Part shown: in pieces, positions 19,701 to 27,152 of the stretch
How positions within the stretch are numbered: the first letter of the stretch is position 1
Layout of the letters: every line of letters begins with the position of its first letter
Source: Clostridia bacterium
Lineage (GTDB): Bacteria; Bacillota; Clostridia; Christensenellales; UBA1242
NCBI GenBank assembly: GCA_028709705.1
Contig: JAQVWL010000001.1
Span: 96,855 to 160,854 of the forward strand
DNA: 64,000 nt
Direction of reading: 5' to 3'
Program-made: the position numbers and the translations under genes
Notes under the pieces: model-generated
The model's database searches: none
The model's input: only the letters and a program-made list of their open reading frames with translations
What the model was told of the DNA's origin: nothing

Positions 19701-22700
19701 ATTTTAATATAAATGGTGACCTTGTTTACAATGGTGCGCAACAAACACCAATTTATGCAACCTTTGATGGCATTTTGGGGGCAGACATTGCCCAAATGGG
19801 TGCAAAAATAACTTATGATGGCTTTGGCACAACAATAAAAAATGCCGGCATATATAGTGCGATAGTTAGCATAACAAACCAAAATTATTTGCTAACAGGC
19901 ACAACAGTTTTTGATTTTAATTTATTATCTTATTTATATTATGTTCCAACACCAAGTGAAGTGTTGTTTTCAAAAACTTTTGGTGCAGTTGACCCAACAC
20001 TAGAAACAACTTACAATGTTTTGGGCGAAAATGTAAAAATAGTGTTTGGAAGAGAAGCGGGCGAAAATGTTGGCAAATATGCTTTACAAAATCCGCAATT
20101 AAGCACAAACAATTCTATTGCAACTCAAAGCAATTTCTATATTGGATATTTTGAAGAAAACAACCAAGGTTTTGAAATTTTGGCAAAAACAGGCGTTGAA
20201 GGAAGGTTGTTTATTGAACTTTTAGACAACATAGAAGTTGATTACAATGGACAAGAATACTATGAGCTTGAATTACAAGACATTGACCCAAGTTTGTATC
20301 AAATCAAAGATTATTGGGGAGATACTTTAGAGCAAAATGATTACAACCTTGTTGCAAATTTCTTCTTTTATGATTTTGTAAGAAATGTTGGAGAATATTC
20401 AATTTACTTATCTGATTTTTATTCCACAACACACAAAGACATTGTGTCATTGATAGCAAACGGCCAAAAATTTGTTATAAATGCCATAGAATTGACAGTA
20501 AGTCAAACGCCCGACACAACAATATCAAAACAATATGACAAAACAAGCGAAGCAGTTTTGACCGACATTTTGTTTTTGAATGGTGTTATTGGTGGAGATA
20601 ATGTTACATTGGTTGGAAATTACACAACCGATGGAACAAATCAAGTAAATGTAAATGAAAATTACACAATTTTGTTGAATATAAGCGGAACCGATGCTCA
20701 AAATTACATTTTAAGTTATGGCGACTTTTTTGGGGAAATAACACAAAGAGAAATAATAGTAGTTTCTTATGATTTTCAAAACGAAAATCCTTTTGACAAG
20801 CAATATGACAAAAATAGCATAGTAAACATTGACCAATTATATTTAGACAATACAATCTACAATGATAATGTTAGTTTTTCAGGCGTTTATACAACAAATG
20901 GAACTGATGAAATTGCAACTGTTTATTCAAACTGCATTTTGATTTTTACAACAACAAATCCAAATTACAAAATAGTCAAAATTGATGACCAAGAATATTT
21001 TGGCAGTATCACACCAAAAATTTTGACTTTGGCAAATGACTCAATTTTGACAAAGCAATATGACGGAACCGCAAGTTTAAATACTGAAAATTTATCTTTG
21101 CTAGGAGTTGTTTTTGGCGACACTGTTTCAATTTTAAGTGCAAATTTTGCATCAGAAACTGTTGGCACGCACGATTTGGATATAACACTTGGTGGAACTG
21201 ATAGCGAAAATTATATTATTGAAACTTATGAAGGAACAATAACAAACAGAATAATAACAATAAAATATCATTATGGCGATGACCAAGACTATATTTTTGA
21301 TTTTCCAAACGATGAAATCTCTTTGTCTTATACCGAAACAAACACAACTGCTTTTTATAACACAAGCCTTAATAACGCACAAAATGGTGCAAAATCTTTA
21401 CCTTCAATAACAAGAACGGGATATGTTTTTGCTGGTTGGTATACAGATAGCACAACTTTTACAACTCAATTTTATGCAAGCACAATAATTGGAAATGATG
21501 CTTGGTCAAACATTGAAAACTTGGCACCAGATTATGAAATAAACTTGTTTGCAAAATGGATAGTAAATTCTTATCAAATAACTATTGAATTGTTAACAGA
21601 AGAAATCAACACAACAAATTTTGCTTATTCAAATATTGGCGGATATTATGACATTGACAACTCAAACAGTGGTTTGATTCCACCTTATTTTCAAACATAT
21701 TATTACACTTATTATTCAACCCATACCCTAGATATTATTGAAAATGCTGGGTTTAAAATTGAAGAAATAAAAAAGAACGGAACATTTGTTAGCAATGATT
21801 TGGTTTATGAGTTAACAAATATAAATTCAAGTTTTGTTATAACAATAAAATTTGCGCGCGAACTTTATACACTTGCATTAGATGCTAACACAACAGATAA
21901 TATTATAAGTGGTTTTTCTGGTTATACTGTAAGCGGACAACTTGCAACAAAACAAATCAAATATCAAGCACAAATAGAATTGCCAATTTTGACAAGGCAA
22001 GGATATAGTTTCTTGGGGTGGTCATTGGCAGAAAACAGCGAAGTTGTTTTCAGTCAAAGCACAACACTTACTTATCAAAGTACACAAGCAACACAACTTT
22101 TTGCTCAATGGCAAACAAAAACTTTTAATTTGTATTTTGATTACAACAATGGTGTTGAAAGTGTTGGATATACAAGTTTATCAGATGAAAAAGGCAATTA
22201 TATAATTGTTACTTATGAACAAGCAATAGGCGAGTTGCCAATTTTGACAAGAAATGGCTATTTACAAGATATTTGGAATTTGCTTGTCAACAGCGAAATT
22301 GTTGAAACCGATATAACCCCAAGCACAATTTGGTTATATGACAGTGCAAACACTTTTGTTTTAAAGGCAACTTGGCTAGAAACAATAAATTCTATTGAAC
22401 TTGCCCAAAGACTTGACACATCTTTGTATTTAGCCGAATATGAATTGTTTTCTGACAATCCTGTTGCACTTGCATATAAAATAAACAATGGTGAAACAGA
22501 AAATTATAGCGAGCAATTTGAAGTTTATACAAATGACAAAATAAATATTACAGCAACTATGACTCATATATCTTACAAGTTTAGTGGGTGGTATGTTAAC
22601 GGAGTTTTGCTTGCAAGTGGAAGTCAAACTATATATGGAACAACATTTGAAACAAACGGTCAAAACTTGAAAATCACAAATATTATGTGGGGCGAAAATT

Positions 22701-25700
22701 GTCCTTTGATAGAAGCAGTGTATGTTCCTGCAAAAGTTGAAGTGCATTTGACGTTGAATAATTTGAATGGATCAGTTGATTTTGCAGTTGGCGTTTTTGA
22801 AGAAGAAAACAAATATTACACTTTTGCTAGTTCAATAATAGAAGTTGCCTATCAAGTAGATTCGGGCTACAATGTTATAATTGGAGTTAACGGTGGTAAT
22901 AGAGGTTTCAGCCACGGTAATTTGGTAGTAAATCAAATTTTTGAAGATGTTTATATTACTTTCACTTTTGAAATATGTTCATATGCACTGACAGTAACTT
23001 ATTCGGGTTACACAGAAGGTTTGGATAGTTTTGTTTATAATATAAACAATGGAACAAACAACAATTACAATCAAAATATCAACATAAGTACGGGCGATGT
23101 TGTAAACTTTTCCCTTGCAATAAAATATGGTTATCAAGTACTTGCCAATGATTTTCAAATCATAGGTGGCGGTGAAGACACCCTATTGACTGATTTGGCA
23201 ACTTTTGTGCAAGATGACAAAAATATTTATGAAAAATCATTATCACAGTTTACAAGCAGTTTAACTTTAAATATTTATATTTCAAAACTTATCTTCAATG
23301 TTTCTGCCAATGTGGTTATTGACCAAACAGATAACTACGATTTCAGTTCAACAGAAAATAGCGTTGCAATAAAAAATCATGTAAACACCATTATCACCAG
23401 CATTGGTTACAAAGAAATTGCATCTTTTGTTGCCGAAATTCAAACATACACAACAATTTTTGATTTAGTTGTAGAAAAATATGATTTTCTTGGTTGGTAT
23501 TCTTACAAAAATTTGCAATTTAGTTTGTTAAGTGAAAACCTTTCTTATGACAAAGAAATAAGCGAAGACACTCAACTTTTTGCAATGTTTAAACTCAAAA
23601 AGTTTGAAATAACATTTGCCTTAAATAATGCCGAAGAAGGTAGTTTGGTTTCAGGTTATGGCGGAAATCCGGTTAACCCTCAATTTGCAAATTTTGGTTC
23701 GAGTTTGACCAATAGTGTTGTTGCAGTTGCAAAAACAGGTTATTCTTTTGAAAAATGGATTTTATCTTACGATATTACACAAATTGAAAGTCAATTAACA
23801 AGCGAAAGTTTGAGTTCAGCAAATGTCAATAATGTTGTTTGCAATGTCACTTGCACAGCATATTTTGTCAAGTTTGATATCAATGTTTTTGTCAACGCAG
23901 AGTTCGATGACGATACGGAAATTGACATAAGCAAAATAAATATTACACACAATAATCAAACTTCAACAAATCTAAATTTTTCAACCCAAACAAGAACAAA
24001 TATTCAAATTTTTGCAAACACAATCCAAGGATATAGTTTTGCAGGTTGGTTGATTGGTGCTGACAGTCAAAGTTATATTATCACAAGCAGTACTGTGTCA
24101 GTTGACAATTTATTCGCAGAATTGAACATTCAATTTGTTGAGGGAGAAGCAACCTATACAATCACAGCAATTTTTGAAAGAACCTTAAACGAAATAACGG
24201 TGCAACTTGTTTTGGACAATGGCGCAAAACTTGGCGGTGGCGTTGTGACAACTGAACAAAACTACTTTACAGGAGCAACACTTATCACTTACGCAAAAAC
24301 ATTTGACACACTAAAAGTTTTTGTGTATGTGCATTATGGTTACTTTATTGATTTAAATAGGGCAAATTTAGTTTTGTTTGAAGTTGGCAACGGCGAATAT
24401 GTTTTTGAAAGTGCAGAACTAATTGCCGATGCAAGTGCGGTTTACAGTGCAAAATATTTGCTAACAATTAGTTCGTTTGATGAAAATTTGGTTATCAAAG
24501 TTTTTGCTGAACGAAATACAACTACATTACATTTTTATGAACAAAATTTTCAGGCAATAAATCAAAATGAAAAATATAATTTGTCAGAAACGACCGCTAC
24601 AATAAAATATGGTACAACACAAATAAATATAGAAAATTCACTTTTCTTAACACCAAACAATTCAGGTTATACTTTTCAAGGTTGGTCAATCAGCAAATAC
24701 ATTTCAGGTTTGATTATTAACAAATACGGTAACATAAATTCTGAAACTTGGCAAATAAATGCTGAAGATATATATTTATATCCAATTTGGGAGCAAAAAA
24801 AGGTAAAAATTGATATAAAACTTAATCCCGAAAATGCAAAAATTGATAGTTCATATTATGAAGAATTGTTTAACAATTTGACCTTAAACAAACCAATAAA
24901 GGTTGGGTTAAGTTATTATTTCTTTGTTGGCGCAACTTTTGGAATTTCTTTCCCCGAAGTTCACAGCGGATATATTTTTGTTGGTTACAAACTATTAACA
25001 TACAATCAAGACAACACTTTTAGTTGGATTAGTGTTAGTTTAAACAGTTCAGATTTTTTAAGAACACAGTTTTCTATTGAAGATTATGACCATTATGAAT
25101 ATTCTTCTGCAACAAATTTTGCACAATTGGGCGATGTAATTGATGGAACAATGTATATAGAACTTGTTTACAACATAGAAGTTTTTGCGTCATCAGCAAA
25201 TTATTACACAGACAATAGAATTTCTACAATAGGTGGCACTGCAACAATACAAAACATAGGTGAAAGCGGAAATATTTCTTCTGGGCAAGAAATAACTGTT
25301 ATTGCAACTCCGCAAACGGGATATACTTTAAAATATTTGATAATAAATGGCAATATTTTGGAAACTCAAACCTTATACAACACTTTTTCAATTTACGAAC
25401 CAACAAGCATAGTCGCAGTTTTTGTGGGTGATAAAGTAATAGTCAATTTGGGTTTAAGCCTTAATGGAACCGCAAAAGCAATTACAGGTGGCAATTTGGA
25501 AACCATAAATCTAACAAAATATTATCATATTGGCGATATTATAATTTTGGACGCAGAAAGTAATATTGGTTATAATTTTGAAAACAATTGGAATCATTCC
25601 AAAACAGGAGATTTTGTTGGCAGTTCTTATACAATTGTTTTGGGCGATATTGACCCCAATGGCATAACGCTTACCCCAATATTTACTGAAAGAGATTTGC

Positions 25701-26575
25701 TTGTTGAATTTGTTATGATAAACAAGTTTGGAACTATTTCCAAAGAAGGTGTTAGATTTGATATTGTTGATGAAGGAAACAATCAAATTTATAAATTTTA
25801 TTCAAAATATTTTGATGACATAAATGTTCAAATAAGCCCTAAACCAAGACACGTTTTTGAAAAAGTTTTGTTAAAAATTGGCACCACTACAACAAATGTA
25901 ACAAGTTTTACAAGCGGAACAAACCTTATAATTACAAGCAATTATTTTGCAAATGCAAACAAAATTGTTTTTGAAATTTCTTTTACAAACCTTTATTGGT
26001 ACAATATAATGACCGAAAAAAATTATGTAACCGAAACGCAAAATGGTTATGTGTTAAACAGAGATTTGTTTGGCAGTGGAAAGGAAGATGACCCATATAG
26101 AATTGAAAGTATTGATGATTTTACTATTTGGGCTTTTATAATAAATCACAACATTTTGCAAACTAACATTCAAAAATTTGCTTACAATTCTTCAAACACT
26201 CATTATGAAGTTAGCACAGAAATTAGTTTCTTGGCAAGATATTGGACACCTATTGGTACATCCGTAAACCCTTTTAATGCGATTGTGTATTTGTATGAAC
26301 CAAGAAAAGATATTCTCGTTGACCGCACAGATACAAACTATCCGTACTATACTTTGTTTAACAACGAAGTTGTCACATTGTGGAATGGTTTGTTTGGTTA
26401 TTTGAGCGACACTGCACAAATATTTGAAGTTGTAAAAAATTATGATTTTGTTTATTTTGTAATTGGCGGAATTGCAGGCATTGTTGTTATAGCAGTTTTA
26501 ATAATAGTTTTTGTCAACAAAAAACACAAATATCAAATAGAAACTTATGACAAAAACAAAAATCCTTTTGTTTAA
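10784..26575 (+). CDS. giant (5263 aa) tail-anchored surface protein with InlB B-repeat (Flg_new) and MBG-type modules
   Basis: Uninterrupted 15.8-kb ORF in AT-rich DNA. N-terminal hydrophobic signal/anchor (FWTVFVLIASALIMTLGFGV). Dozens of modules with the G(Y/F)xFxGW(Y/F)...Y(A)xW/F signature, and a central block of KxYD(G/K/S)T...NY modules. Near the C-terminus there is a GSGKEDDPYRIES...GLFGYL segment, then a TM helix (FVIGGIAGIVVIAVLIIVFV) and a KKHK tail. No LPXTG. Confidence 0.9.
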   Translation: MPNVKLNFWTVFVLIASALIMTLGFGVYNKAITENVFAETTTLNTQTETTSSSTLSNNTLIKNENPDPVGVDIEVYLNIKCGDGGSYFKVLFVNVYGIGTELISTGDWAQSGRRIIIDSASIYLYYPTAQNGYVFDKFFVDETGNSRYVSASEGTTVSISHSANIVALFKPITYSITYDLDGGSASNPTTYNITSSFSLTAPTKTGYTFTGWTGSNGLSPQQNVSISSTTGDKNYTANWQPNTYNITFNKGSGTGGTSSSVFTYDSELPGITPPSQRGFDFKGYYTGSNGSGTCYYNEYCTSQITKFTSINVSNLYAYWVSKYYTVTLDKQGGSGGTSSVQVQNGSSMPAIIPPSWLGYTFVGYFANTNTNSTKYYNSNGTGATTWDKTDNGTINAVWTLNSCSLSVSKDSGITAFNYYAGSWSGNVESASQSNINALSILEFRVLDTQIKTGYVWNCWQISGTAGVDYDFFGGTNSTSKQMSLKIYKSITLIATTKIGVSISCVNNSTGLYTANGAGGSVKIGSGEYVPSITEGFLSGASTTLSTKGNFAYTFLGFFTAFDSNGGIGESLTYQTYNAGTENQYFSVNIANILAPQNYYAVYEIECYDLNLYAFSTHTNQYEEIPDLYGGIVKIGNQTGGAIDYGHVGYTLQININAEANDGYRFIGWYDTYEDLVADVANTQMISNNANYFFYMEDYDTDFYAKFIKTHTVTLVATTGISSVSIENKSGTTAEYYYGESIGLLSCVVDEIRYTWKNWEVTSGTEPSGTTIQLKGQEISGLVMNGYDFEFTAYTTTKKFDLNIYTIYNDSGTLVNNYTNGTNYGGLVSTTNLSNAVPYYSNIKVEYNTFDVNMTAFVNEGYTFMGWYKDVDFVSNTYSTPYLQGTTSGSAISIEPMAVEGLTYYAIFTKNYKVSIYGDSGIYSLTLTNGSQVQYDTDKYYLEAIYYYGQQIESITATIGFGFDWEEWVLGESSTLLINFNLLDRVQTTEIFMGAGDCVLTANTFADQYPLHVKAYYTDNGVYHYGNNGGSIQIASREIASEDGLDLDFQQKIAITAYPEEGYCFVGWFKTQVLTYPNENLYSGDLSTMTEPMQSNENGLTYIAVFIKTYTLTLTKWEGINSVSTTKESYYYGESVGINAIVTSGYEWDKWFLVNGLAPIDFDENLQLQTIKIQGNVVLAASTKSQKYTLDVTEMYELTNGSYTVGTTGGTVNDGEMSYLADIVSIITENEGFEFAEYFRDEALTNSYGGEVMPQNDLTLYAKFKRIEYQLTTNNIYTSALDNQTLIAGTTGGQIYSNNTIKYGCQTELTAVASDGFAFRGFYFDNLGTSVYKLAEDCNFANGNYTSSTEVMGTDGLIYYAIFERQTYTIETTGQGTTITCPSTAYFGKSISFQVEYNDAYVVSAINIYNADNIYETVNYSNNQFVMPYFDIVIETVATEKNYQITFNPNGGSFDGYTGVDVSGNIIGNTAYLTNNYLYYTNAEKTNFVSGAPLPTRNGYKLLGFNTDANALGTYYVSYNNSFSYAIWNLSEDKMLYAIWQIQSPLLNIEYVSGTQTQYNGQYQSALRVSVQNIVPNKNYIFEWFNSEGQLVSQTTTNQTSNVLSLRNVNQSSLYYCKVSIENESVFTESSSLSFSITTIDLTIDIGTQTYIGSYLYLLSNENISGLLEGHRFVSGYLSFNSGTEDIIYTNISNINHQVIIEVFDGGVWTSQQGGDLIDNYNIIFASTVTVKPITQSIKLNVGGYERTIDSNTYLDVFSENVLSNTLFDFGYEGGFGSFNTIEDNGTISNYFELDNINQTLTITFTQIPNYYKIFALYVNNVSVNYTVDLYNENIISFDLTAGMLSYNSENDFWDAVVKVYFTNVCLIEYNYNFEVLEVENGFATFDNNYQKSIIQNGQNFVAPTTPTKVGFWFDGWYFDNTTFANQVPMVWNKTGSTTIYAKWTLADLTAQNILVEVYDNNILTELFNRAYNTNSFELKFVSTNPSITYQVVWYKNQDGWKVIETSKISNIKNVLDGGEYSLSVKAIYNSQTKNLAYGVKTILINISPVELTIDFDISKIYDSTTQLGNYNIDTNINGEQFNLAGQYSSPNVNLVGGVPSQVAISNFALVSINGSLPSNYSLTNTSLFGTIIPFEYNIVKNETAVYNGASFSKTFAQNITLPKGYIQSINYTINTSSANVGIYTPNDLINNLYLDFNASATGLIADNYIITLGNASSVEITKTNLQNIYFSDQTKIYNAESQMITLKDAFGGDYSTENLPDGSIGFEFKQNENIVTGFTDFGTYLITVIIYADQNHNDWTDSASLTINKAIISIEFLFNGEALAPAYIYNSEIDMYSNLTINATNESGTNCLPNDLTKKVFQNAMEVFEVTTPNEYVIKAENYNTNYQIQGNDSQSFKIVANQYIVSEDITFENASYVFNAENQANYFVNQNLIPNLPEGIETATTIVQLFDGTNYNIVATAQNVGVYKITVGLQSQDPNIWQFDTSSITAYLTITPFNITNENTTISANKIYNGLTSLPANAKLNITSLSLQIAFGGVFASANVGTDIAINNLTISDNNFTINPSFVAMATISKANLTINLFENGISGNYIQKSYADLVQIQINKSNASKYTVGLQNNQYAVILFEAIGIGGGQYPFSDENPETNHCLINGAISIYNSSDTLIPNGIENYNLQINGGIELLMFISVPEFSNLTNLVYTGQNLPIQLVLSKYNELTEQLETLTYTYDYANEYFIDENLLIVDDLVLTILGAGSTLKNAGEYTLTLTSPNFSYLFVSEGENQYTTTVIVEKAQITFNLGDRLFVYKSVFAYSNDTAYSGVNGETFYCNFTYNGNTTTLPVGVYPLTNLTTIYEFNTSKTSTGDFTNYDITIIGNLFISARTITMTAGYDLLGLIYSAEDQISSVNAVILTFYYFDNPYAVDASDYTKKYYLGANEVSQIINAGTYTVKFTSTNYNLTGTTTFEFTISQKEITANFNINGDLVYNGAQQTPIYATFDGILGADIAQMGAKITYDGFGTTIKNAGIYSAIVSITNQNYLLTGTTVFDFNLLSYLYYVPTPSEVLFSKTFGAVDPTLETTYNVLGENVKIVFGREAGENVGKYALQNPQLSTNNSIATQSNFYIGYFEENNQGFEILAKTGVEGRLFIELLDNIEVDYNGQEYYELELQDIDPSLYQIKDYWGDTLEQNDYNLVANFFFYDFVRNVGEYSIYLSDFYSTTHKDIVSLIANGQKFVINAIELTVSQTPDTTISKQYDKTSEAVLTDILFLNGVIGGDNVTLVGNYTTDGTNQVNVNENYTILLNISGTDAQNYILSYGDFFGEITQREIIVVSYDFQNENPFDKQYDKNSIVNIDQLYLDNTIYNDNVSFSGVYTTNGTDEIATVYSNCILIFTTTNPNYKIVKIDDQEYFGSITPKILTLANDSILTKQYDGTASLNTENLSLLGVVFGDTVSILSANFASETVGTHDLDITLGGTDSENYIIETYEGTITNRIITIKYHYGDDQDYIFDFPNDEISLSYTETNTTAFYNTSLNNAQNGAKSLPSITRTGYVFAGWYTDSTTFTTQFYASTIIGNDAWSNIENLAPDYEINLFAKWIVNSYQITIELLTEEINTTNFAYSNIGGYYDIDNSNSGLIPPYFQTYYYTYYSTHTLDIIENAGFKIEEIKKNGTFVSNDLVYELTNINSSFVITIKFARELYTLALDANTTDNIISGFSGYTVSGQLATKQIKYQAQIELPILTRQGYSFLGWSLAENSEVVFSQSTTLTYQSTQATQLFAQWQTKTFNLYFDYNNGVESVGYTSLSDEKGNYIIVTYEQAIGELPILTRNGYLQDIWNLLVNSEIVETDITPSTIWLYDSANTFVLKATWLETINSIELAQRLDTSLYLAEYELFSDNPVALAYKINNGETENYSEQFEVYTNDKINITATMTHISYKFSGWYVNGVLLASGSQTIYGTTFETNGQNLKITNIMWGENCPLIEAVYVPAKVEVHLTLNNLNGSVDFAVGVFEEENKYYTFASSIIEVAYQVDSGYNVIIGVNGGNRGFSHGNLVVNQIFEDVYITFTFEICSYALTVTYSGYTEGLDSFVYNINNGTNNNYNQNINISTGDVVNFSLAIKYGYQVLANDFQIIGGGEDTLLTDLATFVQDDKNIYEKSLSQFTSSLTLNIYISKLIFNVSANVVIDQTDNYDFSSTENSVAIKNHVNTIITSIGYKEIASFVAEIQTYTTIFDLVVEKYDFLGWYSYKNLQFSLLSENLSYDKEISEDTQLFAMFKLKKFEITFALNNAEEGSLVSGYGGNPVNPQFANFGSSLTNSVVAVAKTGYSFEKWILSYDITQIESQLTSESLSSANVNNVVCNVTCTAYFVKFDINVFVNAEFDDDTEIDISKINITHNNQTSTNLNFSTQTRTNIQIFANTIQGYSFAGWLIGADSQSYIITSSTVSVDNLFAELNIQFVEGEATYTITAIFERTLNEITVQLVLDNGAKLGGGVVTTEQNYFTGATLITYAKTFDTLKVFVYVHYGYFIDLNRANLVLFEVGNGEYVFESAELIADASAVYSAKYLLTISSFDENLVIKVFAERNTTTLHFYEQNFQAINQNEKYNLSETTATIKYGTTQINIENSLFLTPNNSGYTFQGWSISKYISGLIINKYGNINSETWQINAEDIYLYPIWEQKKVKIDIKLNPENAKIDSSYYEELFNNLTLNKPIKVGLSYYFFVGATFGISFPEVHSGYIFVGYKLLTYNQDNTFSWISVSLNSSDFLRTQFSIEDYDHYEYSSATNFAQLGDVIDGTMYIELVYNIEVFASSANYYTDNRISTIGGTATIQNIGESGNISSGQEITVIATPQTGYTLKYLIINGNILETQTLYNTFSIYEPTSIVAVFVGDKVIVNLGLSLNGTAKAITGGNLETINLTKYYHIGDIIILDAESNIGYNFENNWNHSKTGDFVGSSYTIVLGDIDPNGITLTPIFTERDLLVEFVMINKFGTISKEGVRFDIVDEGNNQIYKFYSKYFDDINVQISPKPRHVFEKVLLKIGTTTTNVTSFTSGTNLIITSNYFANANKIVFEISFTNLYWYNIMTEKNYVTETQNGYVLNRDLFGSGKEDDPYRIESIDDFTIWAFIINHNILQTNIQKFAYNSSNTHYEVSTEISFLARYWTPIGTSVNPFNAIVYLYEPRKDILVDRTDTNYPYYTLFNNEVVTLWNGLFGYLSDTAQIFEVVKNYDFVYFVIGGIAGIVVIAVLIIVFVNKKHKYQIETYDKNKNPFV
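11297..11989 (+). repeat. three canonical Listeria-Bacteroides (Flg_new) repeats within the giant gene
   Basis: ITYDLDGG...TKTGYTFTGWTGSNG...YTANW; ITFNKGSGTGG...QRGFDFKGYYTGSNG...LYAYW; VTLDKQGGSGG...WLGYTFVGYF...INAVW. Confidence 0.8.
20489..21262 (+). repeat. three tandem ~85-aa MBG-type modules (part of a longer block, approx 15.7-21.3 kb)
   Basis: The same pattern recurs three times: I(S/L)(K/T)KQYD(K/G)T...L(N/L)GV(I/F)GGD.V...G..(T/S)(D/E)..NY...(Y/F)G.IT. Confidence 0.7.
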
Positions 26576-26614
26576 AAAAAACTTTACAGGCAATAATGCT
26601 TGTAGGAGTTTTTT

Positions 26615-27115
26615 ATGTTTGAAGTTAGTTTAATTTTGTTCGGCGTTACAATTTTTTTGAATGGTTTTATTCCAATATACAAATGGGACAAAAGAAATCT
26701 TGGCGTTATAAACACAATAATAGGCATCGTTATTTTGATTTTTAGTATACAAGGAATAATGGTTGCAACAGTTTTGGGTGACAGACTTTTGTATTTTGGA
26801 ACACTGTTATTTGGTCTTACAAATTTATATTTGGCAAGTGGAATTTTTTTGAACATAAATTGTAGGTCTTTTGGCGTTTTTTGTATGTTTTGCTTGATTT
26901 CTGCCTTTTCTTTGAGTTGTTATTATATTTGGAGTGGAGCGACATTGATAGGCACATTATGGCTTATTTGGGCAACACTTTGGGCTTTTGCTTTTATTGG
27001 CTTTACAGCAGACAAAGATTTTATGATTGGCACATATATTATGTTTCTAATACAAGGTGCTTTTGCCTTGTTTGGCATAGGACTTTTGGTTTTGTTTAAA
27101 GTGATTTTGATATAA
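26615..27115 (+). CDS. AmiS/UreI family channel-like membrane protein
   Basis: 166 aa, about 6 TM helices. LILFGVTIFLNGF, LLFGLTNLYLA and LWLIWATLWAFAFIG align by eye with the UreI segments LYVGIVLISNG, LLFGFTYLYAA and IWLAWGVLWLTAFI. AGGAG RBS. Starts 39 nt after the giant gene stop. Confidence 0.6.
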   Translation: MFEVSLILFGVTIFLNGFIPIYKWDKRNLGVINTIIGIVILIFSIQGIMVATVLGDRLLYFGTLLFGLTNLYLASGIFLNINCRSFGVFCMFCLISAFSLSCYYIWSGATLIGTLWLIWATLWAFAFIGFTADKDFMIGTYIMFLIQGAFALFGIGLLVLFKVILI

Positions 27116-27144
27116 AAAAATAGCACAAAAAATGCTATTTTTTA
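27114..27144. terminator. bidirectional terminator shared by the two convergent units
   Basis: A7-ATAGCA-caaaaaa-TGCTAT-T6 (stem 27120-25 / 27133-38), flanked by an A-run and a T-run. Confidence 0.7.
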
Positions 27145-27152
27145 TTGTTTTT

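Noticed and set aside
26615-27115. Reading the AmiS/UreI-like gene as evidence for a urease or amidase locus.
   Set aside because: No urease (ureABC) or amidase genes lie within the window. Only the channel-like protein is present.
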